From the NCBI GenBank assembly GCA_951406725.2, contig OX597819.1, positions 122,388,001 to 122,452,000 on the forward strand: 64,000 bases of DNA, read 5' to 3'. Both the position numbers and the translations under genes were made by a program. Shown here piece after piece: positions 38,035 to 51,924 of the stretch; the first letter of the stretch is position 1; every line of letters begins with the position of its first letter. The notes beneath the pieces were generated by a model, which ran no database searches, was not told where the DNA came from, and worked only from the letters and a program-made list of their open reading frames with translations. Source of the stretch: Octopus vulgaris (taxonomy: Eukaryota).

Positions 38035-38815
38035 ATTATTTTCTAAAACAATATTGAATTAGTTTAAACGTACATAATTGCATAAAAATACTTTTTAATT
38101 CAATACTATTAAATTTCATTCAAATCTAAAACAAGATAAAATTGGACAGAACTGATTGGATGACTTGGTATATATAATCTATGATGTACGTTTCAAGTTT
38201 ATAACACCTTCATATCTCATGTTATCTCATTTTATATGTCTAAGACGTATATTTTCTATTCTGGCTTTTATATATATATCTATACATTATATTTGTATCT
38301 ATAATTTATTTTAAGCCGAAACATAATACGATCCTTGTACGAATGAAAGAACAAGAAGTTCCTCTAGAGCTTTTATTTTCCACCGGTGTTCGTAATCGAT
38401 GGTGACATGTACGATGATTTTGCGATTATCTTCTATATTACAGAGAAATTGGAAGCCCCGAATGTAAGCCACCACTTTATGCAAAATTCAATATTTATAG
38501 TTCCTTATTTCTACTCAAATTCTGTCCTCAATAATTATAGTTCTCTATTTCTAAATGTAATTCTTTTTCTTCTCTTTCAGCTTATACTTGTAAGACGCAT
38601 TATTTTCTGTCTCTTGGCAAAGATTTTTTTTCTCCAGCGTTCACCACTTCAACTCGTTAGGTTTAAAAAGCCCTTACCGAATGTTTTCAATGTCCTGTTT
38701 TTGTTAGCAGCTTTGACGTTCCACGTATCTCAAATATTACTTAATTTGCTTTGGGGGAGTAATTGCCAAAAATTGAGGAAGGGTTGTTTTATTTATGCTG
38801 CCTTCGCGCTATAGT

Positions 38816-39105
38816 TCTCTATATATATAATTGAAATTCTTCCTTCCTTCCTTCCTTTCTTTCGAGCCGAGCCGAGCCGAGCCGAGCCGAGCCGAGCCGA
38901 GCCGAGCCGAGCCGAGCCGAGCCGAGCCGAGCGCTTTGCCCCTGACACTCCATGGACCCTAAGTAAGGCATGAGTAAAATTTGAATGAAATTGGTTGCGC
39001 AGTTCTCATGTTTTAGGGATTCAGACAGACAGATACACATTCTTAGTTTCATATATATCGATATACTATCATTATGACCCTGTCGTTGCCGGGTCATATT
39101 GCTAG
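38816..39105 (+). mobile_element. Short Helitron-like element containing (GCCGA)n
   Basis: tctctatatatataa start; tgaccc..gggtca hairpin and CTAG|T end; pentamer repeat 38863-38932. Confidence 0.5.
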
Positions 39106-39170
39106 TGCATGTATATATATATATGTGTACATATTACATGTACATCTATCTATCTATCTATCTCTATCTA

Positions 39171-39217
<47 letters not shown>

Positions 39218-39289
39218 TTACACATAAAATACAAAATACAATGTTATATCTTGATATCGCTAGTGATAACAATACTCAAAATATATAAC

Positions 39290-39800
39290 AGACTGGAATT
39301 GTTAGCCCGTCTCTTGTAATTTCGATCAATTGTATCTTGTCCTCCCTCTTGTATAGAAGTGTGGCTACAATCCAGCCTACCTCTACTTCTTCGGGGATAT
39401 TTTAAATTTTTATCCGGGACGTCCTTCGTCCCAGATATAAAGGTAAAAATAAAATATTTCCACTTTGCAAGGTTCGAGTCGAGGACTCCTTTGCACGCTC
39501 CGTTGACTCGAAACTTGCTTCTATTGTGGCGAATTTACCGCCCCTGGTTAGATATCTTTCATAGTCGCACCAAGACACTTTTCGATGGTGCTTGCCCCCA
39601 GGTGTTCAAATCTTTTTTTTCTCTACATTGTATGCTTTATAGACAATAATCTTTTCTTTAAATTAATTTTTTATTTCGTTTGGTGGTGTTATCCTAGATT
39701 CACTGTCTTTGTCGTTGATTAATCCGAAATAGGTTTGTATTTCTTCCTTTTTAATTTTAATGAGTTCGCGCCCGCCGACGGCTGCAGCGGAATTCATTTT
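39290..39800 (-). pseudogene. Second, divergent copy of the L1/Tx1-like ORF1 (N-terminal half)
   Basis: Manual translation IEKCL..LTRGGKFATIEASF..YLGRRTSRIKI*NIPEEVEVGW aligns with ORF 15669-16088 (IEKCL..LTRGKCFAT..YFGRRTSMITVEDIPPEMNVSW). Confidence 0.75.
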
Positions 39801-39961
39801 TGGACTTTCTTCGCTCGAAGGCCTTCTAACAAAAATGCTTCTGTATAAAAGGTGAAAATATTGTCAATTTCCCGAAACAGGGACACAATTCTATTTTTAA
39901 ACAATAACCAAAGCTCCTTCTCCCAAAGGGTGAGGGTTACAGTTTACAATTATTTAACATT

Positions 39962-39962
<1 letters not shown>

Positions 39963-40041
<79 letters not shown>

Positions 40042-40245
40042 TGTATGTATGTATGTATGTATGTATGTATGTATGTATGTATGTGTGTATGTATGTATAT
40101 GTATGTATATGTATGTATATGTATGTATATGTATGTATATGTATGTATATGTATGTATGTATGTATATGTATGTATGTATATGTATGTATGTATATGTAT
40201 GTATGTATATGTATGTATATATATGTATGTATATGTATGTATATG

Positions 40246-40281
<36 letters not shown>

Positions 40282-40282
40282 T
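39963..40282. repeat. (TA)n/(TATG)n/(TATATGTATG)n microsatellite
   Basis: Visible directly. Confidence 0.95.
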
Positions 40283-40732
40283 GTCCTTGTTTGTCCTTTC
40301 TGTGTTTAGCCCCTTGTGGGTAGTAAAGAAATAGGTAGTAAAGAAATAGGTATTTCGTCTGCCGCTACGTTCTGAGTTCAAATTCCGCCGAGGTCGACTT
40401 TTCCTTTCATCCTTTCGGAGTCGATTAAATAAGTACCAGTTACGCACTGGGGTTGATATAATCGACTTAATCCGTTTGTCTGCCCTTGTTTGTCCCCTCT
40501 GTGTAAGGCCCCTTGTGGGTAGCAAAGAAATAAGAATCGTAAGCACGTCAGGTGAAATGCTTAGTGGAAGTTCGTCTGTGTTTACGCTCTTTGTTTAAAT
40601 TCCTCCGAGGTCGACTTTGTCTTTTAACCTTTCGGTGTCGATAAAATAAATACCAGTTGAGCACTGGGGTCGATGCAATTGTCTTACCCACCCTTGAAAT
40701 TGATGGCCTTGTGCCAAAATTTGAAATCAATT
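40283..40732 (+). mobile_element. SINE-B array (tail fragment plus 2 units)
   Basis: Family homology. Confidence 0.85.
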
Positions 40733-40869
40733 TTGAGGAGTCTTCGAAATTGAGAAACGTTAGTAACATACAATTTTAGAATACCCATATTATCGGGGTT
40801 GATAAAATAAGTACCATTCGAATGCTGTGGGCTTGTAGCTGTGTACAGTCGCCCCAATGTGCTTACTCG

Positions 40870-40918
<49 letters not shown>

Positions 40919-41199
40919 GTATGTATATGTATGTATATGTATGTATGTGTATGTATGTGTGTGTGTGTGTGTATATATGTGTATGTATATGTGTATGTAT
41001 ATATGTGTATGTATATGTGTATGTATATATGTGTATGTATATGTATATATGTGTATGTATATGTATATATGTGTATGTATATGTATATATGTATATATAT
41101 GTATATGTGTATGTATATATATGTGTATGTATGTATATGTGTATGTATATATATATGTATGTATGTATATGTGTATATATGTATATGTGTATATATATA

Positions 41200-41262
<63 letters not shown>

Positions 41263-41331
41263 GTGTATATATATATATATGTATATGTGTGTATATATAT
41301 ATATATATGCATATGTGTATATGTATGTATG

Positions 41332-41393
<62 letters not shown>
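40870..41393. repeat. TA/TG compound microsatellite
   Basis: Visible directly. Confidence 0.95.
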
Positions 41394-41396
<3 letters not shown>

Positions 41397-41411
41397 GAGA
41401 GGTGGCTGTGA

Positions 41412-41780
41412 AGGCGCAGGAATGGCTGTGTGGTAAGAAGCTCTCTTCCCAACCACATGGTTCCGGGTTCAGTCTCACTGCGGGGCACCTTGGGCAAATG
41501 TCTTTTACTATAGCCTCGGGCCGATCAAAGCCTTGAGAGCGGATTAGGTAGACCGAAACCGAAAGAAGCTCGTCGTGTATGTATATGTATGTGTGTTTGT
41601 TATTTGTGTCTGTGTTTGTCCCTCCCCCACATCGCTTGACAACCGATGTTGGTGCGTTTAAGTCCCCGTAACTTGGTGGTTCGGCGAAAGAGACCGATAG
41701 AATAAGTACTAGGCTTACGAGGTTGACTTGTTCCAGCATGGCCGCAATCTAATGACTGAAACAAGTAAAAGAATAAAAGA
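41412..41780 (+). mobile_element. SINE-A
   Basis: Family homology. Confidence 0.87.
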
Positions 41781-41819
<39 letters not shown>

Positions 41820-41935
41820 TATACACACACACATACACACACACATACACACACACATACACACACACACATACACACACACATAAACAACAGAGACATA
41901 TACACATACACACATATACACACACACATATATAT

Positions 41936-41978
<43 letters not shown>

Positions 41979-42004
41979 CATATATATTATTTATTTATGC
42001 GCCC

Positions 42005-42288
42005 CTTTTTAAGCCTAGCCAGGCTCATGGGCCCGGTTTCTATGGTGTAAGTGATCCCCCGACAGGACCACAGTCCATCGCAGCGTTACTGAAGAAACAG
42101 GAAGAAAGAGTGAGAGAAAGTTGGGGCGTAAGAGTACTACAGGGGTCGCTACCACCCTCTGCCGGAGCCCCGTGGAGCTTTAGGTATTTTCGCTCAATAA
42201 ACAAACACAATGCCCGGTCTGGGAATCGGAACCGCGGTCCTCCGACAGCGAGTCCGCTGCCCTAACCACTGGGCCATTGCGCCTCCGC
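42005..42288 (-). mobile_element. SINE-D
   Basis: Head ggaggcgcaatggcccagtggttagggc. Confidence 0.85.
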
Positions 42289-42557
42289 ACACACACACAC
42301 ACATACATACATACATACATACATACATACATACACACACATATACATACATACACACACATATACATACATACATACACACACATATACATACATACAC
42401 TCACACATATATACATACATACATACACACACACATATACATACATACATACATACATACATACATACATACATACATACACACACATATATACATACAT
42501 ACATACATACACACATACATATACATACATACATACACATATATATATATCTATATA

Positions 42558-42593
<36 letters not shown>

Positions 42594-43252
42594 TATACAT
42601 TAATCAACAAAGCAATCATTAATACTAAGCAATGTTGCGTAACAGCATGAAATTTTCTGTGCTAATCCTTCATGTTGCTCTGTCGCAGAAGTTCTCAACT
42701 GGGAACTGTGGACAGTCAAAAGGGCGACGCTACAACTTTTGTTCAGTCTTAGTAAAAGGAAAATCCGTGGAAAAAGGAAGAAAATTGAATGCCATAATTC
42801 ACAAAAAGGCTTTATATGTTTATAATGGAATACAAAGAACAAAATGTAGCCCTCTTGAACTAACGTTCTATGAAATTTTATTGACATTTCGGCACAGTAA
42901 AAGTAATTGCCATTTTGATGGAGTGTTCGTTGTTTACGTTTCAGATTGAAGTTCAGTCAAAGATGGCGAAGTTTTTATTAAAGAAAATGTGTTTTGAAAA
43001 TAACTATTGACTGGAGAATTGCAGCAATAAACATCTCGTTTACATCCGTAAATGTTGTTGGTGACTTAATGAATGGGGGCTGACGACGCAGGATTGATGA
43101 GGACTAACATTCCAAATGCTCGATAAATGCAGATTAAGTAATGGAAGTATGAATAGGCAGTATTTCGAATTTAACCTACGGCGACGTTTCACAAGTTGTT
43201 TCATTCGTGCGAAGAAATTGAACCACCAATTAATGGTATCAAGGAAATTAAA

Positions 43253-44457
43253 AGGCGGCGAGCTGGCAGAAACGCTAGCACGCCGGGCGAAATGCGTAAC
43301 AGTATTTCGTCTGTCGCTACCTTCTGAGTTCAAATTCCGCCGAGGTCGACTTTGCCTTTCATCCTTTCGGGGTTGATTAAATAATTACCAGTTACGCACT
43401 GGGGTCGATATAATCGACTTAAATCCATTTGTCTGTCCTTGCTTGTACTCTCTGTGTTTAGCCCCTTGTGGGTAGTAAAGAAATAAGTATCAAGGAAATT
43501 ACAACAGTGCCAGTTTACAGAAAATTTGGTGAGAGAACACCTTGGTTATTTCAAGGCGGTGAGCTGGCAGAAACGTTAGCACGCCGGGCGAAATGCGTAA
43601 CAGTATTTCGTCTGTCGCTACCTTCTGAGTTCAAATTCCGCCGAGGTCGACTTTGTCTTTTATCCTTACGGGGTCGATTAAATAAGTACCAGTTACGCAG
43701 TGGAGTCGATATAATCGACTTAATCCGTTTGTCTGTCCTTGTTTGTCCCCTCTGTGTTTATCCCCTTGTGGGTAGTAAAGAAATAGGTATTTTGTCTGCC
43801 GCTACGTTCTGAGTTCAAATTCCGCCGAGGTCGACTTTGCCTTTCATCCTTTCGGGGTTGATTAAATAATTACCAGTTTCGCACTGGGGTCGATATAATC
43901 GACTTAAATCCATTTGTCTGTCCTTGTTTGTCCCCTCTATGTTTAGCCCCTTGTGGGTAGTAAAGAAATAGGTATTTTGTCTGTCGCTACGTTCTGAGTT
44001 CAAATTCCGCCGAGGTCGACTTTGCCTTTCATCCTTTCGGGGTTGATTAAATAATTACCAGTTTCCCACTGGGGTCGATATAATCGACTTAAATCCATTT
44101 GTCTGTCCTTGTTTGTCCTCTCTGTGTTTAGCCCCTTGTGGGTAGTAAAGAAATAAGTATCAAGGAAATTACAACAGTGCCAGTTTACAGAAAATTTGGT
44201 GAGAGAACACCTTGGTTATTTCAAGGCGGTGAGCTGGCAGAAACGTTAGCACGCCGGGCGAAATGCGTAACAGTATTTCGTCTGTCGCTACCTTCTGAGT
44301 TCAAATTCCGCCGAGGTCGACTTTGCCTTTTATCCTTACGGGGTTGATTAAATAATTACCAGTTTCGCACTGGGGTCGATATAATCGACTTAAATCCATT
44401 TGTCTGTCCTTGTTTGTCCTCTCTGTGTTTAACCCCTTGTGGGTAGTAAAGAAATAA
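43253..44457 (+). mobile_element. Amplified SINE-B block with duplicated 3' flank
   Basis: TSD-like gtatcaaggaaatt; near-identical segments 670 bp apart (43468 and 44138). Confidence 0.88.
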
Positions 44458-45329
44458 GTATCAAGGAAATTTCAACAATGCCAGTTTACAGAAAATACCA
44501 TCATTTGGTGAGAGAACACACTGGCTATTTCAAGCGGTTCCACGCAAATATTAAAGAGTAACACTCTGCTTTTATTGAAAAAAAAAATTAAATGTTCCTA
44601 ACGAATTCCTGTAAATAGAGGTTTTTTGTTGCTTTTTTTTTTTTTACTTCAGAACAAATTTTCGGGGTCGATAAATTAAGTACCTGTTGCACATTGGGGT
44701 CGATATAATCGACTTAATCCATTCGTCTGTCCTTGTTTGCCCCCCTCTATGTTTAGCCCCTTGTGGGTAATAAAGAAATAAGAAACGTTGTACACCGGAT
44801 AAAGTGTTTAGCAGCATTTCGTCCGTCTATACGTCCGTGTGTGTGTCTTCGTGTCCCTTCCCCCACCATCACCAACACCAACACTACTTGACAACAGGTG
44901 CTGGTGTGTTTACGTCCCGAAACCCAGCGGTTCGGCAAAAGAAACGGATAGAATAAGTACCAGGTTTTAAAATAAGTACCAGTTGAATACTAGGGTCGAT
45001 GTTAATCGAATACTCCCTTTCCCTCAAAAAATGAAAACTGCCGGCCTTGTGACAAAATTTGAAACCGTTATTATTATTGTTGTTGCTGTTCTTATTGATT
45101 GTTGTCTGCGTGAATAGGCTTCCAGCTTCAAGAAAAAAATATTCAGGTTTAGCAATCCCATCTAAATTGACCATGGGTTCATTTAGGTGAAATTTAGAGC
45201 AGGCTACACACAAGTCCTGATCTCAGTAAGGTAGCAGAGATGATAACAACTGTTATGGTTACTTGGTTATTGAAATGAGCAGCTGGGTTTTTTTTTTTTT
45301 TTTTTTTCCATAATTTCCACTCTCTTAAT

Positions 45330-47200
45330 AAAATCAGGAGCTGGTTGTGCGGGTTTTCACCGTATAATCGCGATAAGGAGCTGGTTGAATTGAGATCCAG
45401 AGCTGGTTTTCATTATGTTTATTGCTCTATTGAGATAAAGGATTGGTTGTTATATCTAAGAGTATACTAATGAAATCAAAGGATTGTTTTATTTTCACTA
45501 CAACATTACTGGAATACGAAGCAAGTTGTTATTCTTGAGATTAGGAGGTGATCATACTTACTACTGTACTACTGGGATTAGGAATTGGTTAATATAGATG
45601 CAACTACATACATTATTATAATCAAAGACTATTTGTTATGCCCTGTACTGAAGTCAGAAGCTGGTTATCACTCTCTATATTGCGTCATTGGAACCAGGGA
45701 CAGTTTTGTATTATCTCTGCTGCACTCTTGAGATTAGTAGCTCCTTAAGATTGTTTCTACAGCATCATTGTAATTAGATGTTGGTTATTATACTCAATGC
45801 CCTATTACAGGCATCAGAAGCTGGTTGTAATTATATGTTCTTAATTACAACACTAGAAGTTGTTTGATATTGTTTTGACTGCATTATTATAAATAAGATT
45901 AAAGCGGCGAACTGGCTGAAACGTTAGCACGCTGGGCGAAATGCTTAGCGGTATTTCGTCTGCCGTTACGTTCTGAGTTCAAATTCCGCCGAGGTCGACT
46001 TTGCCTTTCATCTTTTCGGGGTCGGTTAAATAAGTACCAGTTACGCACTGTGGTCGATATGATCGACTTAATCCGTTTGTCTGTCCCTGTTTGTCCTCTC
46101 TGTGTTTAGCTCCTTGTGGGTAGTAAAGAAATAGGTATTTCGTCTGCCGTTACGTTCTGAGTTCAAATTCCGCCGATGTCGACTTTACCTTTCATCCTTT
46201 TGGGGTCGATAAAATAAGTACCAGTCGAACACTAGTGTCGATGTAATCGACTCATCCCCACCTTGTGGCAAAAAAATATTTCAAATAATTATTATAAACA
46301 AGATCAAGGCAACGGCTTGCCGAATCGTTACACGTTGAATGAAATGCGTAGCCGTATTTCGCCCGTCGCTACGTTCTGAGTTCAAATTCCACCGAGGTCG
46401 ACTTTGCTTTTCATCCTTTCAGGGTCGATAAATTAAACACCAGTGAAACATTGGAGTCGATTTAATCTACTAGTCCCCTTCCACCAAATTTGAGGCCTTG
46501 TGCCTCCAATAGAAAGGATTATTATAAACAAGATTAAGGCTGTGAGCTAGCAGAGCAAAATGCTTAGCGGCATTTCGTCGTCTTTACGTTCTGAGTAAAA
46601 ATTCCGCTGAAGTCGAGTTTGCCTTTCACCCTTCGAGGTTGATAAAATAAATACCATAAACTGGGGTCAATGTAATCAACTAACCCCGCCCAGACTTCGC
46701 CTTTCATTCTTTCAGGATTACTAGTTAATTGGGCACTGGGGTCGATGTGATCGAATTACCCACCTTCGACTTTGCTTTTCATTCTCCTGGGGCTGTCGAA
46801 ATCAGAACTAGTTAGCTGAGCACTATAGTCATTGTAACCAATTTAACCCGCTTCCCCAACTTGTTGCCCTTGTGTCAAAATTTGAAGCCAGAAATTTGAA
46901 CCAAGATCTGGTTGTTGTTACCTACAGAGCTCTATTAGAATCAAAAGCTGGTTGTGATAGCTTACAACGTATTATTGAGACCAGGAGCTGTTCGATACAG
47001 CTTCTACTGTACTCTTAAAATCAGGAGCTGGTTAGTATTGTCGTTTGTGTATTATTAAGAGAAGAGCTGGCCATCATAGTTTAGTCGACATTATTATAAT
47101 CAGGAGCTGGTTAGTATAGTTTTAAATTTCATTATTTTAAACAGAACCTGTTTGTTATAATTTATGCAGTATTACTGAAATCAGAAACTGCCTGTTAAAT
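45330..47200. repeat. Old minisatellite, about 40-45 bp (atcaggagctggtt core), split by a SINE-B cluster at 45903-46890
   Basis: Recurrent agctggtt motif on both sides of the SINE cluster. Confidence 0.65.
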
Positions 47201-47323
47201 AGTTAACCAATTGACAAATAATTAAGAAGTGAAATAGAACCAGTGCATGTGCTTATTATGGCATAATGGCCTTCTTGATATACAACATTGTATATATAAG
47301 TGTATATGTATATATATATGTGT

Positions 47324-48486
47324 TGACATCGTTTTATTGGACTTTGTCAAAGCTTTTGACTCAGTAAACCACCGCCTACTACTTGTCAAGCTTCAATCAT
47401 ATAGTTTCCATCCGGATATTGTACGATGGGTTGGTGCCTTCCTCTCAGATCGCTCCTTCCAAGTTCAAGTTAATGGTTCGCGGTCCGACGTCTCCAGTGC
47501 GAGCAGTGGCGTGCCTCAAGGTTCAGTGCTTGGGCCCTTGTTGTTCTTAGTCTTCATAAATGACTTGCCCGACGACCTCACGCAACACACCCTTCTATTT
47601 GCCGACGATATCAAACTGGTCGCTCCTCGCGGTAGTATAGAGGATCTTCGTCGATGCCTCCACCAAATTTGGAAGTGGTCTAACGATTGGGACCTGTGTC
47701 TGAACGTGTCAAAGTGCTGTCATCTGCCTGTCGGCTCTACTCCTGCAACTCAACTTGATTTCGAGCCGGGTCGTCTGCTGCTGGAGAGGACCGATCAGGT
47801 AAAGGACCTGGGTATCTTGGTGGATTCCTCCTTTTCGCCTTCGGCCCAGTGCGTCCATGCTGCCAACAAAGCGCGCGGAATTCTGTTTTTGATTCGACGG
47901 TCATTCGGAATGCTCACAGCAGCCATATTCCTGCCACTCTATGTCACGCTGGTGAGACCCATATTGGAGTATGGGATTCAAGCCTCTTCTCCTTATCTCC
48001 TCAAAGACATACAGCACCTCGAAAGAGTCCAGAGGCTGGCTACCCGCATTGTTCATGGTCTCAAAAATTTGTCCTACGAAGAAAGGCTGAGGACGCTCGA
48101 CCTTTATTCTCTTGAAAAACGCCGCCGCCGTGGTGATCTCATTCTCGTCCACAACATCATAAGCGGGAAGTGTAACCTCTCGAAAGAGCTGTTCTTCACT
48201 CCTGCTCCGGAGCGTCGGCTGCGGGGTCATTCCGAAAAGCTCTACCTGCGACGATTTCATCTCAATCGAAGGAGAGGAGCTTTCTCCGTCCGGGTTGCGG
48301 ATCCGTGGAACAAGCTGCCAGACGAGATGGTGAAGATGCCGACGACCGCTTTGTTCAAAGCCTCCCTGGACCTCAAGTGGCCTGAACTCTTTACATGAAC
48401 ACCACCCTGTACTTAACTCCATGTCCCCCTACATGGCCTTGCTATTTGCTTTTGAGCCAAATTAACTAACTAACTAACTAACTAAC
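47324..48486 (+). mobile_element. 5'-truncated CR1-clade LINE with open RT frame
   Basis: DFVKAFDSV, GVPQGSVLGPLLF, LFADDIKL, LERVQRLATR, RRRRGDLI, RGH, WNKLP; (AACT)n tail; 14-bp TSD atatatatatgtgt (47310-47323, 48487-48500). Confidence 0.93.
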
Positions 48487-48513
48487 ATATATATATGTGT
48501 GTATATATATATG

Positions 48514-48594
<81 letters not shown>

Positions 48595-49787
48595 ATTTTC
48601 TGAGAAAAAAAGTCGTCAGAATTTTGGAAAAAAATCTTTTTATTTCTTCAGTGTTATTAGAGCTTTCGTTCCTTTCTCGAAGTTGTGAAATAAAATTTTG
48701 TGAATGTACAAACAACTTGTTCATTTATATAAAGCAGATGTTTTTGAGGGGTTTTGTTTAGAAGAGAACATTGTTTTTGTTTTTTGGGTAAGGTTCCTTG
48801 ACAAGTTACAATACTTTTTTCTCAATATTCAATTTCTGTACATCACACCTGGTATTCTATAATACATACATACATCCATACATGTATGTATGTGTGTGTG
48901 TGTGTATGTATGTATATGTGTATGTGTATATGTGTATATGTGTATATGTATGTGTATATGTGTATATGTGTATGTGTTTATGTGTATGTGTATATGTATA
49001 GCGTCCAATAATACTATATTTGTTCCCCGTCCTCGCGTTGTTGTGTTTTTTTTGTGCCTTCATGTTTGGATTAACTATATATATATATATACATAGCTGA
49101 AATTTATAGAAAAGTAAAACACGAAGACCGGTGTATAAGCAATAAAAAAGTTGTATTAGTTTGACGCTCAGGAAGGTGAAAAAGTCATTTCTGTTTCGAG
49201 CCTACGCACTTCAATAAAAAGGAATCAGAGAATATAAACGGAGATAGAATAATAAACAAATTGTAGATTTAGCGGTCAAGCAGGTAGAAAAAAAAAAGAA
49301 AGAGAGAGAGAGGAACTCAGTCTGTTTGGACTTGAAGAGCAGTTGCAAGCTGCATTTCGAAAGTACGTATGTTAGTTACAACCAGAGTTAGATGTCATTA
49401 ATAAACATATGAGTTTGTTAATAACATTCACATTGAATGTCAAGTAGTTACTCTGCTATGCGTAGCTGATAGACGTTAGTCTACATTTTATTGTTAAGAG
49501 TTGAATAATAACTGTAGTCTCCATGTTATATCGGAAATGACTGTTGTATGTTATAAATCTATATTCATCGTAACAATTGCGTCATTGTTGCTATTAACAT
49601 ATTTCCGCTGTTATAAATGTAATCTTCATTTCATGAGATTGTTAATAACTGGGTGATGATGTTCTAAATATCATCTCAATGTATATTGTTAAACAAGAAC
49701 TTGTTAGTTTAAGTTCAAACCATTGTATTGTCAACACATATAAGGATATTCTGTGTCATCTTTAGCATGAGCTAGATGCTACCAAAA

Positions 49788-50522
49788 TTTCATGTTGTCT
49801 ACGCATCTAATACCTCTGTTCAGTGACGGACATTTGACCCTTATAATTAATACTAATGAGCTGTTTCTAAGTGTTCCCATGGTAGTTTAATAATTAAAAC
49901 AGTTTCATATTGTCTGCGCATCTTATACCTCTGTTCAGTGACGAACACTTGATCCTTATCTTTATATATAAAAGAGAGGTTGTGTGCTGTCTGTCTCCCA
50001 CGATTTAGATTCCTAACTACTCCCACATTTTGCGGTGCAGTTTAACCAAAACCGGGTATCTTATAGTCGTGATTCATATCGAGCCCTTCTGGGTATTAGC
50101 GCACGTCTACGATGAGTCTACGATTTAAAAAAAAATTTACCATCAATTTTTCCCATTTTTAATGCATTTTTGGCATATATAAGGGAAATAACTCTCTAAA
50201 AATTTATTATTAAATCTCAGAACGTAAAAAGCTACAGTAACCCCCTTTGTGGTTAGCCATATTGAGATGGCTATTATACTTTACATCTCTAAAAATGCTT
50301 ATATAGTTATTTCCCTTACAAACATGAGCAACGCCGGGCGATACTGCTAGTAATTAATACTAATGAGCTGTTTCTAAGTGTTCCCATGGTAGTTTAATCA
50401 TTAAAAGAGTTTTATGTTGTCTGCGCATCTAATACCTCTGTTCGGTGACAGACACTTGATCCTTATAATTAATACTACTGAGCTGTTTCTAAGTGTTCCC
50501 ATAATAGTTTAATCATTAAAAG
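49788..50522. repeat. Three-unit tandem repeat, about 115 bp; middle unit split by a Helitron
   Basis: gcatctaatacctctgttc...gagctgtttctaagtgttccca occurs three times. Confidence 0.85.
49959..50350 (+). mobile_element. Non-autonomous Helitron
   Basis: A|TC...CTAG|T with no TSD (neighbouring repeat units show the empty site cctta|taattaatac); second copy at 60153-60548. Confidence 0.88.
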
Positions 50523-50662
50523 CTACCCCACAGCTCAGTGGCCACCTGCTATACTACGTTCATTGGGGTTGTGGATTTAAAACTAGTTAAAGGATCTTTT
50601 CTCACATTTGAAAATAAGTATGTGACACAGCATATTAAAATTTGTTCAAAAAATTTACATAT

Positions 50663-50795
50663 AGGCGCAGGAGTGGCTGTGTGGTAAGTAGCTTGTTTAC
50701 TAACCACATGGTTCCGGGTTCAGTCCCCCTGCGTGGCATATTGGGCAAGTGTCTTCTGCTATAGCTCCGGGCCGACCAATGAAAGAAGCCTATCG

Positions 50796-50839
<44 letters not shown>

Positions 50840-51052
50840 TGTGTGTTTGTGTGTCTGTGTTTGTCCCCCTAGCATTGCTTGACAACCGATGCTGGTGTGC
50901 TTATGTCCCCATTACTTAGCGGTTCGGCAAAACAAACCGATAGAATAAGTACTGGGCTTACAAAAAGAATAAGTCCCGGGGTCGAGTTGCTCGATTAAAG
51001 GCGGTGCTCCAGCATGGCCGCAGTCAAATTACTGAAACAAGTAAAAGAGTAT
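50663..51052 (+). mobile_element. SINE-A
   Basis: Family homology. Confidence 0.9.
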
Positions 51053-51151
51053 AGTTGTACAGTCGCAGACTAATAATACAAGTAAGTTTTGCCTTCGATT
51101 TTGTTCCATAGTTAAGGATGTTTACTGCTGGATTTAAAGTGCAGAAAAATA

Positions 51152-51725
51152 TTAGGTTGGTGCATAATTATTGCAGCTTTTTTTCGACAAATTTTGTTCA
51201 ACAAAAACAATAGGAGTGGCTGTGTGGTAAGTAGCTTGCTTACGAACCGCATGGTTCCGGGTTCAGTCCCACTGCGTGTCACCTTGGATAAGTGTCTTCT
51301 ACTATAGCCTCGGGCCGACCAAAGCTTTGTGAGTGGAAACTGAAAGAAGCCCGTCGTATATATGTATATATATGTATGTATGTGTATATATATGTTTGTG
51401 TGTCTGTGTTTGTCCCTCATCCCCAACATCGCTTGACAACCGATGCTGGTGTGTTTACGTCTCCGTAACTTAGCGGTTCGGCAAAAGTGACCGATAGAAT
51501 AAGTACTAGGCTTACAAAGAATAAGTCCTGGGGTTGATTTGCTCGACTAAAGGCGGTGCTCCAGCATGGCCACAGTCAAATGACTGAAACAAGTAAAAGA
51601 GTAAAAGAGCAACATTTGACAAAAATATCTTTAAATCTACTTCGATTTCTGCTTGGCGTTTTGTTTAAAGTTTTTGTTGAATAAAATTTATTGAAAAAAC
51701 CCGCAATAATTATGCACCAACCTAA
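51152..51725. mobile_element. Mariner-type MITE containing a SINE-A (51212-51609)
   Basis: TIR ttaggttggtgcataattattgc (Hsmar1/MADE1-like), flanked by TA. Confidence 0.88.
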
Positions 51726-51924
51726 TAAATAACGACTCTCATATCATATAAGGTGACACTCGTATAACAAGGACTGTACCTTTTAGAGCTGTTGTCTCTT
51801 AAAACTGCACATTCAAAACTACTTATGCAAACTTTTGTTCTATCTAAAGCTCTGGTCTATATGACCCTTGGGGGTCCAAATAAGATTTTGCTGCTACAAT
51901 TTTATGTGCAACAAATTGGTCAAA

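Noticed and set aside
38386-38814. 142-aa hydrophobic ORF
   Set aside because: AT-rich composition, non-ATG start, no recognisable motif.
47247-47323. Start of the 383-aa ORF as a real gene start
   Set aside because: Lies outside the TSD in microsatellite flank; the LINE is 5'-truncated.
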